Shown: positions 9,051 to 18,521, numbered from the stretch's first letter. The stretch is 64,000 bases of DNA from a virus (IMGVR_UViG_3300028886_000037:160001-224000), one strand, 5' to 3'. Notes: generated by a model not told the origin, from the sequence alone. Translations and numbers: made by a program.

Positions 9051-10367
9051 TATGCCTTCCTTGTGTGAACTGTTCACCGCCTTTAGGCTGTGAGCTTCTA
9101 GTTTTCGCTTCAACGGAGCCACTTGTGCTAACCCAGTAAAACCGGGAGGCATAGAGGCGGCTACCTCAGCGGAGGCGTGTTCCACGCACTCAGCACGTTT
9201 AGTCGTGCCAAACAAGAGTACATTACAGGCGGAATGCCAATCCCTCGGCTTAGTATAGCCGCAATCGCAGTGATATGTGCGTTCATCCAAGCCAATGGTA
9301 TTTACAGCACCGCAAACTGGGCACATCTTGGTAGTCGGTAACCACTTTGACAGCACGAATGCACGGTCTGTCTTAACAAGCATCTTGATTTTCTGCTTGA
9401 GAGCACCCATACACGAATGCTGAACTTGCTTACCAAACCAAGTCTGGCTCCAGTTCTTAATCTGTTCGTCCTGTATGTAGATGACATCATAATTAGACAC
9501 AAGGTCGTGATAGATTTTGTTGCAGATGTCCTTGCGGATATTCGCAACATGTTCATGCTCACGGGCAAGCTGCTTCCTACAGTTCCACCGCCGCTTGGAG
9601 TCCTTCTCTTTCTTGTGCCTGTTGAGCATCTTGCTCAGGTACTTTAGGTACTCGGTTTCTTGCACTTTGCAATCGTAGGTCTTGTTGTCCGATGTCGTTA
9701 TCGTATTCTTGATGCCGAAGTCCAGACCGACATTCTTTCGAGTGCGGTTTCTCTGCTCCTTCGGCAACATAGTCGTGAGTTTTACATAGTAGCCGGACGC
9801 CTTGCGGATTAGCTTGGCATCTGCTATCTCGTATTCCTCAAACTCTATCTGATGCAAGCCGTTCACCTTCAATTTCCTGAAGCCAGGAATGGTGATATGG
9901 CTTGCATCCAAAATCCTCGTGAAACCTGTAATGATGGGAATGCAGTTCACTTCGCTCTTGAACTTCAACGCGCCGACCTTCATCCCCTTGGCTTTCGCCT
10001 TGGCAAGGTTGACAATATCCGTCTTCTTCTGTGCTACAGTAGCACGATGAAGCACCGATGGTAATGTGACCGTATCCGTTATCGGGTTCTTGCCCTTGTC
10101 GTAGTGGACTACATCCTTGTGTTCGGTGTACTTGTAGTCGAATATACTGTTATCTGGATTGTCCTTCGACAATGACAACATATCGTTGATTACCCACTTC
10201 GCTTCCTTGAAGCACTGGGACAGCTTCTGGAATGTTTCCTTCGGATTGTGCCTTATGGAAACCTTCAGCTCGAACACTCGGCATATCTGCGTCTTACGAC
10301 GGGCATGAGTCTCTGCCATGCTCGCCTTAATCTTTGCCTTTGTATCTTCGCTTCTTACTGCTTCCAT
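8700..10367 (-). CDS. tnpB: RNA-guided endonuclease TnpB (reads through into downstream gene)
   Basis: VGLDFGIK (RuvC-I), IYIQDE (RuvC-II region), CPVCG/CDCG zinc ribbon, RDWHSACN (RuvC-III). Confidence 0.9.
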   Translation of the reverse strand: MEAVRSEDTKAKIKASMAETHARRKTQICRVFELKVSIRHNPKETFQKLSQCFKEAKWVINDMLSLSKDNPDNSIFDYKYTEHKDVVHYDKGKNPITDTVTLPSVLHRATVAQKKTDIVNLAKAKAKGMKVGALKFKSEVNCIPIITGFTRILDASHITIPGFRKLKVNGLHQIEFEEYEIADAKLIRKASGYYVKLTTMLPKEQRNRTRKNVGLDFGIKNTITTSDNKTYDCKVQETEYLKYLSKMLNRHKKEKDSKRRWNCRKQLAREHEHVANIRKDICNKIYHDLVSNYDVIYIQDEQIKNWSQTWFGKQVQHSCMGALKQKIKMLVKTDRAFVLSKWLPTTKMCPVCGAVNTIGLDERTYHCDCGYTKPRDWHSACNVLLFGTTKRAECVEHASAEVAASMPPGFTGLAQVAPLKRKLEAHSLKAVNSSHKEGIMTYEEAKQTALDAMTDYPDQIKVTNYVGGKEEFTAIAYSKLNDEEQRIRANGGFRWDMIINSTTIEYRQYYEDIRMKLVKAAPKEVSIKSVERGELYEFLGQQVEYANLVRDKRKR

Positions 10368-10481
10368 AAAATGGTTTCTTGACTATACTTATAGTTTAGA
10401 ATGTTTACTCAAAAATATAACTATTTTTAGCGTCCATGAAATGTTATTTATTTATTACATTTGCAATCGGTGGGTCTTACC
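9065..10481 (-). mobile_element. non-autonomous IS200/IS605-superfamily (TnpB-only) element
   Basis: tnpB, right-end hairpin CTCACAGCCTAAAGGCGGTGA then GTTCAC terminus; no tnpA; different codon style; left boundary approximate. Confidence 0.8.
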
Positions 10482-10772
10482 CTACGCCTTCCTTGTGTTA
10501 GCGAGGATCACGCCGATCTTCTTTCCCTTCGGCAGTTCTTTTCCAGTGTAAGTTCCGATCTCTTCGATTGACTTGAATCCCTGATACGAGTTCATGCGGA
10601 ACGCAACGCCCACGATCGGCATCTTAGCTTTCTTTGTCTCGTCCCACGGAAGGAATCCCTGATGGAACTCATCTTCGTGTTCACGAATCGTATCTTCGTC
10701 CTTTGCGACCATGACAGCGCTGATGAAGTCATCATAGTCAGAATCCGATAGAAGCACTTTGAAAATCTTCAT
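10482..10772 (-). CDS. hypothetical early protein
   Basis: AAGGAG RBS, promoter 10801-10833. Confidence 0.75.
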   Translation of the reverse strand: MKIFKVLLSDSDYDDFISAVMVAKDEDTIREHEDEFHQGFLPWDETKKAKMPIVGVAFRMNSYQGFKSIEEIGTYTGKELPKGKKIGVILANTRKA

Positions 10773-10870
10773 ATTTACTCCTTTTGCCTAGTTTGTAATC
10801 AAAATATACGAAAGTTTCTATATTTCGTAAACCGATCATGCTATAAATAAACTGATTATTGAGGAAATTT

Positions 10871-11662
10871 ATGGAATTCACTAAAGCAAAAGAACTTCTA
10901 GAGAGCATGGGCTCAAAAGTCATCTTGGAGAGCTACATTGATCTATTCGGAGTCTTGAAAGTCGATCGAGAGAATCTGAAGAGATCTCAGATCAAACACA
11001 TAAACGATGCAAAGCGTGAGATTCAGACATTCCTAGATGACGAGAACTTCTACGATCATCCGGGTAGAGCGATCGACTACGCAGTCAAGCAGTTGAGAAA
11101 CTATGGAGCATTCACTGGATCCGACATGTCTGATGAGGAGTTCAAGGACAGAGTTGGAATCACCGACAAGCGTGAAGAGTTCCATAAGCAGATCGAAGAC
11201 TTCAAGGCTGCTAACAAGGCTAACAGAGAGCAGTTCGAATCAGATCTCGTCAAGGGCGCAGACATGGAGCTGATCGAGTCAGACGGCTATCGCACTGTCA
11301 TCGCATACAAGGACTTCGATCCGAAGACTATCCGTTTCGACATCGCTTGGACTCACGGAGACCTAGACACTGGCAAGAGACCGTCTATCGATGGACTCTA
11401 TCCGCACGGCTGGGTCGAGCTCGGCTACAGCACTCTTGGACATCGTGAGAACGCGCCAGAGATTCCTAACTGGACTGCTGGAGATCACAGAGTCAAGAAC
11501 TGGCCAGTCACTGCATCGGTAGAAGTTCTCAAAGAGATTCACGACTTCTTGAAGAGCCATCCTGAGGACGTCGAAGATCAGATCGGTTCTGAGAAGGCTA
11601 ACGCAGAAGACATCGCAAGAGATATTGCAAACTACAAGGGACGCAACTGGTCTGGAGACTAA
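10871..11662 (+). CDS. putative internal head protein (MEFTKAKELLESMGSKVILES)
   Basis: TATAAATA at 10842-10849; GAGG RBS; shared motif. Confidence 0.55.
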   Translation: MEFTKAKELLESMGSKVILESYIDLFGVLKVDRENLKRSQIKHINDAKREIQTFLDDENFYDHPGRAIDYAVKQLRNYGAFTGSDMSDEEFKDRVGITDKREEFHKQIEDFKAANKANREQFESDLVKGADMELIESDGYRTVIAYKDFDPKTIRFDIAWTHGDLDTGKRPSIDGLYPHGWVELGYSTLGHRENAPEIPNWTAGDHRVKNWPVTASVEVLKEIHDFLKSHPEDVEDQIGSEKANAEDIARDIANYKGRNWSGD

Positions 11663-11663
11663 T

Positions 11664-12491
11664 ATGAGCTTGGTAGATTCAGCACTCAAATCTGCTCGGA
11701 AACTCGTTGACGGCATGGGAAACGGCGGAGTCGCTGCAGTTCACGCATCCAACAAGCTATTCGGAGACGGTTTCGAGCTAACTTGTCTAGGCTGGGCAAT
11801 TCGTGGAGTCGACCCAGTCAATCTCTGCTCTTGGGAGGAAGTCAATCACGTCGGTGATAATAAGCCCAACGAGCTCGGATTCGTAAGAGACTTCAGCTAT
11901 AAGTACAAGATCAATGCCGTTCACTACTACGGCTATCCGTCAAAGTTGCAAGAGACACAGTTCTTCGTGGACGATCTCGGCCCACTCAAGACTAAATTAA
12001 GAGAGTACAAGAGGGAAGATATGAAAGAGAAAATGACAGTTTCAGAGGCAATGGAGATTCTCAAGGAATCTGGAAAGAAAGCTATCAACGAGAGCTACCT
12101 TGAACAGGTGAACGTAGAAGAACTCTACTCGCTCGCACTCGAGTCGCTGTTCTTCGCTGACCAAGTTCATCTATGGCACTGGACATGCAAGAGTGGTTTC
12201 CATCACACCCATCTACAGGAAGTCTACGAGTCGCTCAGAGACTTCGCAGATGAGCTCGTGGAGATCTGCTTGGCTTCTGGAAAGAAGTTCCAGGTGAAGG
12301 CCAATACGAGAGAGCTTGGCGGGGACGGAGAGTTCGACGTCCAGGACGCTATCGACGAGATCGAAGAGTTCATCGACGAGATTCAGGCTACTGCTAAGGT
12401 CTTCAAGGAAGAGTCCGAGATCACTACGCTGATCGACGACGAAGCTAAGGCGCTGACTAAAGAGATCGGACTGCTAAAGTCCTTCAGCTAG
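11664..12491 (+). CDS. fusion: unknown N-domain + head-motif linker + ferritin/Dps-like four-helix bundle (DUF5856-like)
   Basis: HLWHW..HHTHLQEVYE..DELVE pattern typical of Dps/ferritin-like proteins; EAMEILKESGKKAINES linker. Confidence 0.65.
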   Translation: MSLVDSALKSARKLVDGMGNGGVAAVHASNKLFGDGFELTCLGWAIRGVDPVNLCSWEEVNHVGDNKPNELGFVRDFSYKYKINAVHYYGYPSKLQETQFFVDDLGPLKTKLREYKREDMKEKMTVSEAMEILKESGKKAINESYLEQVNVEELYSLALESLFFADQVHLWHWTCKSGFHHTHLQEVYESLRDFADELVEICLASGKKFQVKANTRELGGDGEFDVQDAIDEIEEFIDEIQATAKVFKEESEITTLIDDEAKALTKEIGLLKSFS

Positions 12492-12514
12492 CGTTTGATT
12501 ACAAATTCGACAAC

Positions 12515-12545
12515 AAAAATGCTGTGATCAACTCACAGCATTTTC
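12515..12545. terminator. bidirectional terminator
   Basis: AAAATGCTGTGA...TCACAGCATTTT between convergent genes. Confidence 0.75.
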
Positions 12546-12570
12546 TATTTGTTACATCTCTATTTTACTT

Positions 12571-12891
12571 CTACGCTTGCGCGTTTTTTGAGTTTTCCTC
12601 AATGTAATCGCGAGTTGCACACTCAGCGTCTACCTTGAAGTTCGTTACGTTGTATAGTGCCTTGGCTAGAACCTTGGCCATGCAGTTTCGGCAGAGATCA
12701 GGACGTTCGACTGCCTTCTGGTAGGGAGCGCACAGATCACTGAAGCGGATCCTCACGTGGCTCACCTGATCCATGAAGTAAGCATACGGAGTTTCAAGGT
12801 CACGAGCGAGTTCTGCGACTTCGTACTGTGTCATTTCCTTGTCGCAGATGTCGCATACGATCTTTTCGATCTTTATCTCTTTGGTGGACAT
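12571..12891 (-). CDS. hypothetical zinc-binding protein (CDIC...CRNC)
   Basis: Two CxxC pairs. Confidence 0.7.
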   Translation of the reverse strand: MSTKEIKIEKIVCDICDKEMTQYEVAELARDLETPYAYFMDQVSHVRIRFSDLCAPYQKAVERPDLCRNCMAKVLAKALYNVTNFKVDAECATRDYIEENSKNAQA

Positions 12892-13202
12892 TATGCTTCC
12901 TCCTTCTTGGGTTCGGTAGTTTCGACGCCTTCTGGAAGATCATACATGAGCGTGTAGATAGCGATCACAACGTCGTCGTAACCGTTATTGTGACGATCTA
13001 CGGTGTAAGTCGTAACCTTGATGTCCTTGACGATCGCGTTGTTCTTTTCGATCCAACGGTTGATCTTCTTGTCGATCTCCTTCTCGGCGACGTATGGATG
13101 ATTTCTGTCTACCTTAACTTTCTGTTTCCAGTCGTCGGCGTTGTTGTGTAAGTCGTTGCCGCAGCAGTTGGAGAGACAGAACTGAAAGTTCTTGATTTTC
13201 AT
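12891..13202 (-). CDS. hypothetical early protein (MKIKNFQ...)
   Basis: Start reset to 13202 by AAGGACACC RBS and promoter 13235-13267. Confidence 0.75.
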   Translation of the reverse strand: MKIKNFQFCLSNCCGNDLHNNADDWKQKVKVDRNHPYVAEKEIDKKINRWIEKNNAIVKDIKVTTYTVDRHNNGYDDVVIAIYTLMYDLPEGVETTEPKKEEA

Positions 13203-13263
13203 AGTTGTTGGTGTCCTTGTTGAAGTTACGCCTATAATATACGTATTTTCAAGAGAATCGTAA

Positions 13264-14208
13264 ACCCTACAGAGAGAAGCTAAGAGACTTCGTGCAAAGG
13301 CGAGAAGAGAGAAGCGCAAAGAACAGACTAGCAGCTCCAGTCCAGCTCCAGCTAACGACGAAGAGAAGCCGAGAGCGCCGAGAGAGATCGATCCAGCAGC
13401 TCCAGTCGACATCTCTAGCGGGTTCTTGAGAGTTCAGTGGAGAAACTTCAACGAGAAGTACTTCGGAGGAGAGCTGAGAGAGCCGAAGTTCTTCATGCCG
13501 AAGAGCGGAAAAGGATCTCTCGGACAGTGCACTCACGACTTCGACGCGTATGAGAACAAGCTCTTCTGTTCGACTATACGCGTAAACGAGAAGGTCGAGA
13601 ACTACCATACTTTCAGAAACACAATGGTCCACGAGATGGTCCATCAGTGGGCTTACCAGCAGCTTGGAGAGTCTGACATCAGATCAGCTAACATCTACGG
13701 CCAGGCGAGAAGCCGAAAGTGGTGGAACGCTCTGACACGTCCGATGGGCAAGGATGGACATCACGGCATCTGGCTCCAGAAGTGCGAAGAGCTGATGAGC
13801 GAGTACCCGTATCTGAAGCTGACGAAGTTCGGACAGACTGACGAGCTAGAAGATACTGGAGAAGAGAAGGGCGCAGCCATCGAAGCCACGAAGGGAAACC
13901 ACATCGTTCTCTGCGAGCCTGGTGGGGGAAGACACAAGTACTTCTACTACATCACAGACAGCGGATTCCAAGAGCTCAAGAAAGACATCGAAGCTGGAAT
14001 CAAGAAGGGAAAGTGGGTCGAGTACGAGTTCGATCCAGAGAAGCTCGCGAAAGAGAAGCTCACTCCAGTCTCGCATCCTGGAAGCAGCGCATGGAAGGGA
14101 AGCTATCTCGACGATCTGCTAGATCGAGGCGTCGTGAACGAGTGGAAGTCGAAGTACCTCGGCGGCGAGAAGACATCTGGCAGAAGAAGCCGATTCAGAC
14201 TATGGTAA
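13264..14208 (+). CDS. SprT-like zinc metalloprotease, apparently lacking its 5' start
   Basis: FNEKYFGG..HEMVH..H(H)G..W SprT motifs; frame open from 13264 with no ATG/RBS before the TTG at 13426. Confidence 0.75.
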   Translation, partial: TLQREAKRLRAKARREKRKEQTSSSSPAPANDEEKPRAPREIDPAAPVDISSGFLRVQWRNFNEKYFGGELREPKFFMPKSGKGSLGQCTHDFDAYENKLFCSTIRVNEKVENYHTFRNTMVHEMVHQWAYQQLGESDIRSANIYGQARSRKWWNALTRPMGKDGHHGIWLQKCEELMSEYPYLKLTKFGQTDELEDTGEEKGAAIEATKGNHIVLCEPGGGRHKYFYYITDSGFQELKKDIEAGIKKGKWVEYEFDPEKLAKEKLTPVSHPGSSAWKGSYLDDLLDRGVVNEWKSKYLGGEKTSGRRSRFRLW

Positions 14209-14223
14209 GGAGATAAATAAAAT

Positions 14224-14884
14224 ATGAAGATGACATTTGAACAATCGAAAGAGATCCTCGAGAGCGCTGGCCTCACTGTAGAGGAAGATACGCTAAAAGA
14301 GAAGAGCAAGCTCGCAGATACCTTCATTCATTCTATCTGGCTAGAGATCGAAAAATACTTCTCAGGAAAAACTTCAAAGTATTTTAAATACGACGAAATA
14401 GAGATCATGCGTCAAATAATGGCTTCTGTATATGAATATGCACAAAGAACGTGTGAATTGGACGGAAGACCTTGTAACTTGGAAACGTTAAAACAAGTAA
14501 TAAAAGACGCATACGACTCAAACCGTACAGGAAAGTAAGATTCAGCTAGATCAAGCACTACGTCTGTTGAGAGAAAACCACTATGTCTGCAATGCGGCTG
14601 GACATAGTGGCTTTGAACTCGACTATCCGTCAGTCGACTACTATAGAGAGCAGATCAAGATCGAATTGAAGAAGCTCGGCTACAATACCGTCGACTGGGT
14701 TGACTGGGAGTGCTGGACCAAGTTGATAAACGACTTGTACAGTGACGAGAAAGACGTCGAAGATGCAGCTGAGATTCTCAGAGATTATGAGAACGAAGAG
14801 CAGATGCGAGCTCAGGAAGAGCAAGCGCAAGAAGAGCAGCTGATGAACAACTACGACTTCGATCACGGAGACTGGATCTACTAG
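14224..14884 (+). pseudogene. putative head-motif protein split by a +1 frameshift near 14520
   Basis: ORFs 14224-14538 and 14567-14884; second frame open from 14504 encoding VQES-KIQLDQALRLLRENHYV motif. Confidence 0.5.
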
Positions 14885-14888
14885 CCTA

Positions 14889-15734
14889 TTACACGATGCT
14901 CATAGTCTCAGTGCAGAAGACTGACTTTCCGGTGTTGTCTCGTATAATTCTCGCTTCTCTCAGAGAACTCTCAATAAAGAAAATATAATATGGATCTTTA
15001 TATATCTCGGCCTTATATTCTCCATATTTTCCCCAGATTCTCCTCTCATAAGCACTACTCATATTTAACATGACTAATCTGTCATATTTTATATCATTTT
15101 TATTCAGCCAGTTCTCTGTCTCTTTACGATATTTCTCTAATCTGCAAGTTACTAGTGTGTTTATTTTAACAGTAGGAATAAATCTGGGCTCTACTGTAGA
15201 TAAAAATTTGATATAATTAGCACCGTCATCATTCTCTTCTGGATAAGGATCACGACAAAGTACACCATCTATATCCATGCAAGATCGAGATAATATCATT
15301 TCATGATGGAACAAGTTCCATTCAAATACTCTAAGACCATCTATAACTTCGCAGAATATATCTACTTCACTTTTACTTGTGCTTCTAACATACACTGCAG
15401 CGAATAGAAAATTATACGGAATTCCTTTCAATTTAGCTTTCGCTTTTCCAATTGCGCTGCCACTTGATACGCTATCGTCTATCACCAGTACCTTTCGGAT
15501 CTTGTGATCTTTAATATAATTTCCTCTATATCCACAGGCATATACCTTTCCTTCAAGAAACGACTCTATGTCAGTATATGGCTTATTCATATATAGTGCT
15601 AATAGGTTTGCTGGTAGCATTCCGCTTCGAGGTACACCTACAATAAGGTCAATATCTTTTGGAAATTTAGAGATCGATGATAGTATCGTCTTATTCAATT
15701 GTGAAACAGATCTAAATTGTACGCTTTCTGACAT
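14889..15734 (-). CDS. phosphoribosyltransferase fused to HAD-like domain
   Basis: VGVPRSG and VLVIDDSVSSG PRPP-binding motif; DIDGVL HAD motif. Confidence 0.8.
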   Translation of the reverse strand: MSESVQFRSVSQLNKTILSSISKFPKDIDLIVGVPRSGMLPANLLALYMNKPYTDIESFLEGKVYACGYRGNYIKDHKIRKVLVIDDSVSSGSAIGKAKAKLKGIPYNFLFAAVYVRSTSKSEVDIFCEVIDGLRVFEWNLFHHEMILSRSCMDIDGVLCRDPYPEENDDGANYIKFLSTVEPRFIPTVKINTLVTCRLEKYRKETENWLNKNDIKYDRLVMLNMSSAYERRIWGKYGEYKAEIYKDPYYIFFIESSLREARIIRDNTGKSVFCTETMSIV

Positions 15735-15747
15735 ATTTACTCTAAAT

Positions 15748-16602
15748 CTAAAAATTACTATTGGATTTCCATAAATTCAAAATTCTTGTATCAATTTCTG
15801 ATTTATAATTGTACAGATCTCTATATTTAGTCGGAAAATCCTTCAAGAAGTTCTTTGCACCAGGACTCTTACGGTTCTTACACTTATATTGCCATTCCTC
15901 TTCGGACACGAACTGATAATGATACAATATCAAGTCAGAATCGGACTCTGTTGGTGTGATCTGCCAGCTTCGCTCTACTGGCTTCATGTTGGAGGTATGT
16001 CCTGGACTATATTTTCCATCTACGAGCGGATCATGTGTAGAGTGGCTGAGACGATCAGACCATTCGTACTTGCGAGATGTGTGAACAAATGTCTTCACTG
16101 GCAGATTGCCAGCTTGCCATACCATGCTAGCACGATCTGACCATGCAGTAGCGTTCTCGATTCTGTGTTCAGACTGTCTCTTCTCAATATGCTTCTCTGG
16201 GAACATATTTCTCCATCCTACGCATATCTTGAACCATCCAGCGTATATATTTGGCATCCCATTCAGCCACTGTTTGATAAACTCGTTTACATTGTTCTTG
16301 TACTTATCAGAGACATATAGATACTCGTCGTCATCAATAGGTAGAACCCACCATGCTTGACTTTCATTATTGATGTATCTATCGTACAGGTTGTACTGGT
16401 CAGGCCATCCTTTCACTAGCTCATAGCTAACTCGGTCTCCGTACTTGTCACATACAGATTTAATGTCGACTAAGCTCTCGTTGTCGAAGATCTTACAGTG
16501 ATCGAATCCAATAACATCTAAGTGCCAATGCATCCAGTCCTTAAAATCTTGAAGATTGTAAGACTTAGTTAGCAGAACGACTTCAGTTAGATAGTTCTTC
16601 AT
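15748..16602 (-). CDS. glycosyltransferase (GT-A fold, GT2/GT92-like)
   Basis: IFDNES and WVLPIDDDEY (DxD) motifs, LYHY. Confidence 0.8.
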   Translation of the reverse strand: MKNYLTEVVLLTKSYNLQDFKDWMHWHLDVIGFDHCKIFDNESLVDIKSVCDKYGDRVSYELVKGWPDQYNLYDRYINNESQAWWVLPIDDDEYLYVSDKYKNNVNEFIKQWLNGMPNIYAGWFKICVGWRNMFPEKHIEKRQSEHRIENATAWSDRASMVWQAGNLPVKTFVHTSRKYEWSDRLSHSTHDPLVDGKYSPGHTSNMKPVERSWQITPTESDSDLILYHYQFVSEEEWQYKCKNRKSPGAKNFLKDFPTKYRDLYNYKSEIDTRILNLWKSNSNF

Positions 16603-16608
16603 ACGATT

Positions 16609-17241
16609 CTATTTACTCATAAAATTCTTTATCTTGTCGCTGTATACTTGAGCATACCATCGAGGGAATCTATTACCAGCGCCTTTATATCCTCCTCCTC
16701 TTCCATGTGGGTCATAAATTACCAACAGATTTTCTTTAGGAGGCAAATCACTAAGCTTCGTATTGTAAGTGATCACTGCAACCTTATACTTCAGCTCAGG
16801 AAGATTATAAATTTTACTAAATGCTTTTTCATCATAGTCTAAATGCTCCCATTCGATAACGAACATCGGTTGATTTTTACTATCAAGCATTTTCTTGACA
16901 TGCTCACGATATTTTAATACAATATACTCCCAAATCTTGCAGTAGTGTACATCGCATTCGCGAATAGTTGGCTGCTTAGCATTTGGGTCATAAATCATGT
17001 GAATATAGGTTAGCTTAACCTTCTTATCAATCGTCAGTTCGAATACTTCTTGCCCTTTAGTGTATGGATGCTGGCGATGCGTAAGTTCTATATCTTCCCA
17101 ATTTATGTTTTCATAATCAGTAAGTAAGTTATAGAATGAGTCGAAGTTCATGTCAATCCAAGTAAATGGATTTGTATTTCCGAATCCCCACATCCTTAAA
17201 AGAAAGTTACTTATACAGCAATTACCAATTAAATTCATCAC
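16609..17241 (-). CDS. DUF1919-like polysaccharide-locus protein
   Basis: N-terminal IGNCC...NPF motif and H in LTYIH. Confidence 0.5.
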   Translation of the reverse strand: MMNLIGNCCISNFLLRMWGFGNTNPFTWIDMNFDSFYNLLTDYENINWEDIELTHRQHPYTKGQEVFELTIDKKVKLTYIHMIYDPNAKQPTIRECDVHYCKIWEYIVLKYREHVKKMLDSKNQPMFVIEWEHLDYDEKAFSKIYNLPELKYKVAVITYNTKLSDLPPKENLLVIYDPHGRGGGYKGAGNRFPRWYAQVYSDKIKNFMSK

Positions 17242-18521
17242 ACTCCTTTAAAGAGTTGATCGATTCTAGTTCTAGTGATGAAGTCGAAGTAGCTCTTTAC
17301 GCATAGATTTATGCACTGAACACCGTCCATCTCTGATCCTTCACTTAGACCTTCGATCTCGTCATGGAAAATGTAAGGAACACGTTGAGGATCTTCGACT
17401 GCCTGCTTGACATGAATGTTCATCATCTTAGCAAGAACGCCATAGTAGATGTCGTCATGATTGCTGTCAACGATCTGAGGGTTCAGCGCAAGAAGACCAT
17501 ATTCTCCAAAGCAGTTAGGCGGATATAAGCAAGCGGGACCATGACCGAAGAAAAATACCTTAGTGTTAGTGTCTCTCTTGTAAGTCCAGATCGCTTTCTT
17601 GTCTCTCAGCCACTTCTCGTATAGCACCTTCACGTAGTCTTCTTTGTACAGACAGTCATCGTCTGCGCTGACTACTGGGAAATTCTTGTAACGTTCTAGA
17701 GTGTATAGGACTTTCTTGAATGATCGAACATTCCCACGAGTCCACTGGATCTCTACTTTGCCATCTCTTGCGTACTGGAGCAGATCGAACGGCAGATCAT
17801 CTGCCATGTTCGGAAATTCCTCGCCAGATAGAGTCAATACGATCTTGTAAGGGTTGCAGTGATCTAGAATACTCTCGATGGTCTTGCCCACTGTATTGAT
17901 TCGCTTCTTCCACGAAGTGAGACTGACGATGACTGGTAGCTTTCCTTCTGGTACTGCATCTTCGTTCTGCGATCCGAATATGTATCTCTCTGTCATCTGC
18001 CAGACCTGATTGCCCTCTTCGTACATCAGCGGACCAACTACATCTACATTAGCTTCAGAAAGCATTGACTGTTCGAACCAATAGCGATCTTCGTGCACTT
18101 TTAGAACTTTCAAGATATTCTCAGCTGCTTTGACGTTTAGAACGAAACCATTGTACCAGCAGATCTTGCGTTTAGGTGCTACGAATAGAGCAGAAGCTGC
18201 TGCCTCATTTCTTTCATCAACTACTTTGAAGTATGTATCTCTCTCATTAGTGAATACACGACGCCACATCTCTCTTACGATGGGCTGAGCTCTGTTTGGC
18301 ATAGCAGCGCCCTTAGTGTGAAGATACAGCACGGATTCACGACTCTCTAGAGCGACTTCACATGCTCTCTTAATGAACGGCAGCTCAAATTCCACATCGT
18401 TTGGCGGATCGACTTCAACAGTCTCGACATCATAGAACGGCTCAAGCCAAGCAAGCATCTCTTCTTTGATTAGTAGTCCAGCTTCGGTCTTCAGGACGCC
18501 AAGCACGCATTTTCTCTTCAT
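17238..18521 (-). CDS. two-domain glycosyltransferase-like protein
   Basis: YLHTKG domain plus IVSLTSW..R / SFKK / ADDD / DDIY GT2-like domain; TATAAATA at 18551. Confidence 0.7.
   Translation of the reverse strand: MKRKCVLGVLKTEAGLLIKEEMLAWLEPFYDVETVEVDPPNDVEFELPFIKRACEVALESRESVLYLHTKGAAMPNRAQPIVREMWRRVFTNERDTYFKVVDERNEAAASALFVAPKRKICWYNGFVLNVKAAENILKVLKVHEDRYWFEQSMLSEANVDVVGPLMYEEGNQVWQMTERYIFGSQNEDAVPEGKLPVIVSLTSWKKRINTVGKTIESILDHCNPYKIVLTLSGEEFPNMADDLPFDLLQYARDGKVEIQWTRGNVRSFKKVLYTLERYKNFPVVSADDDCLYKEDYVKVLYEKWLRDKKAIWTYKRDTNTKVFFFGHGPACLYPPNCFGEYGLLALNPQIVDSNHDDIYYGVLAKMMNIHVKQAVEDPQRVPYIFHDEIEGLSEGSEMDGVQCINLCVKSYFDFITRTRIDQLFKGV

Noticed and set aside
12891-13412. 173-aa version of this ORF
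   Set aside because: The extension crosses the early promoter and is antisense to the SprT frame; real start 13202
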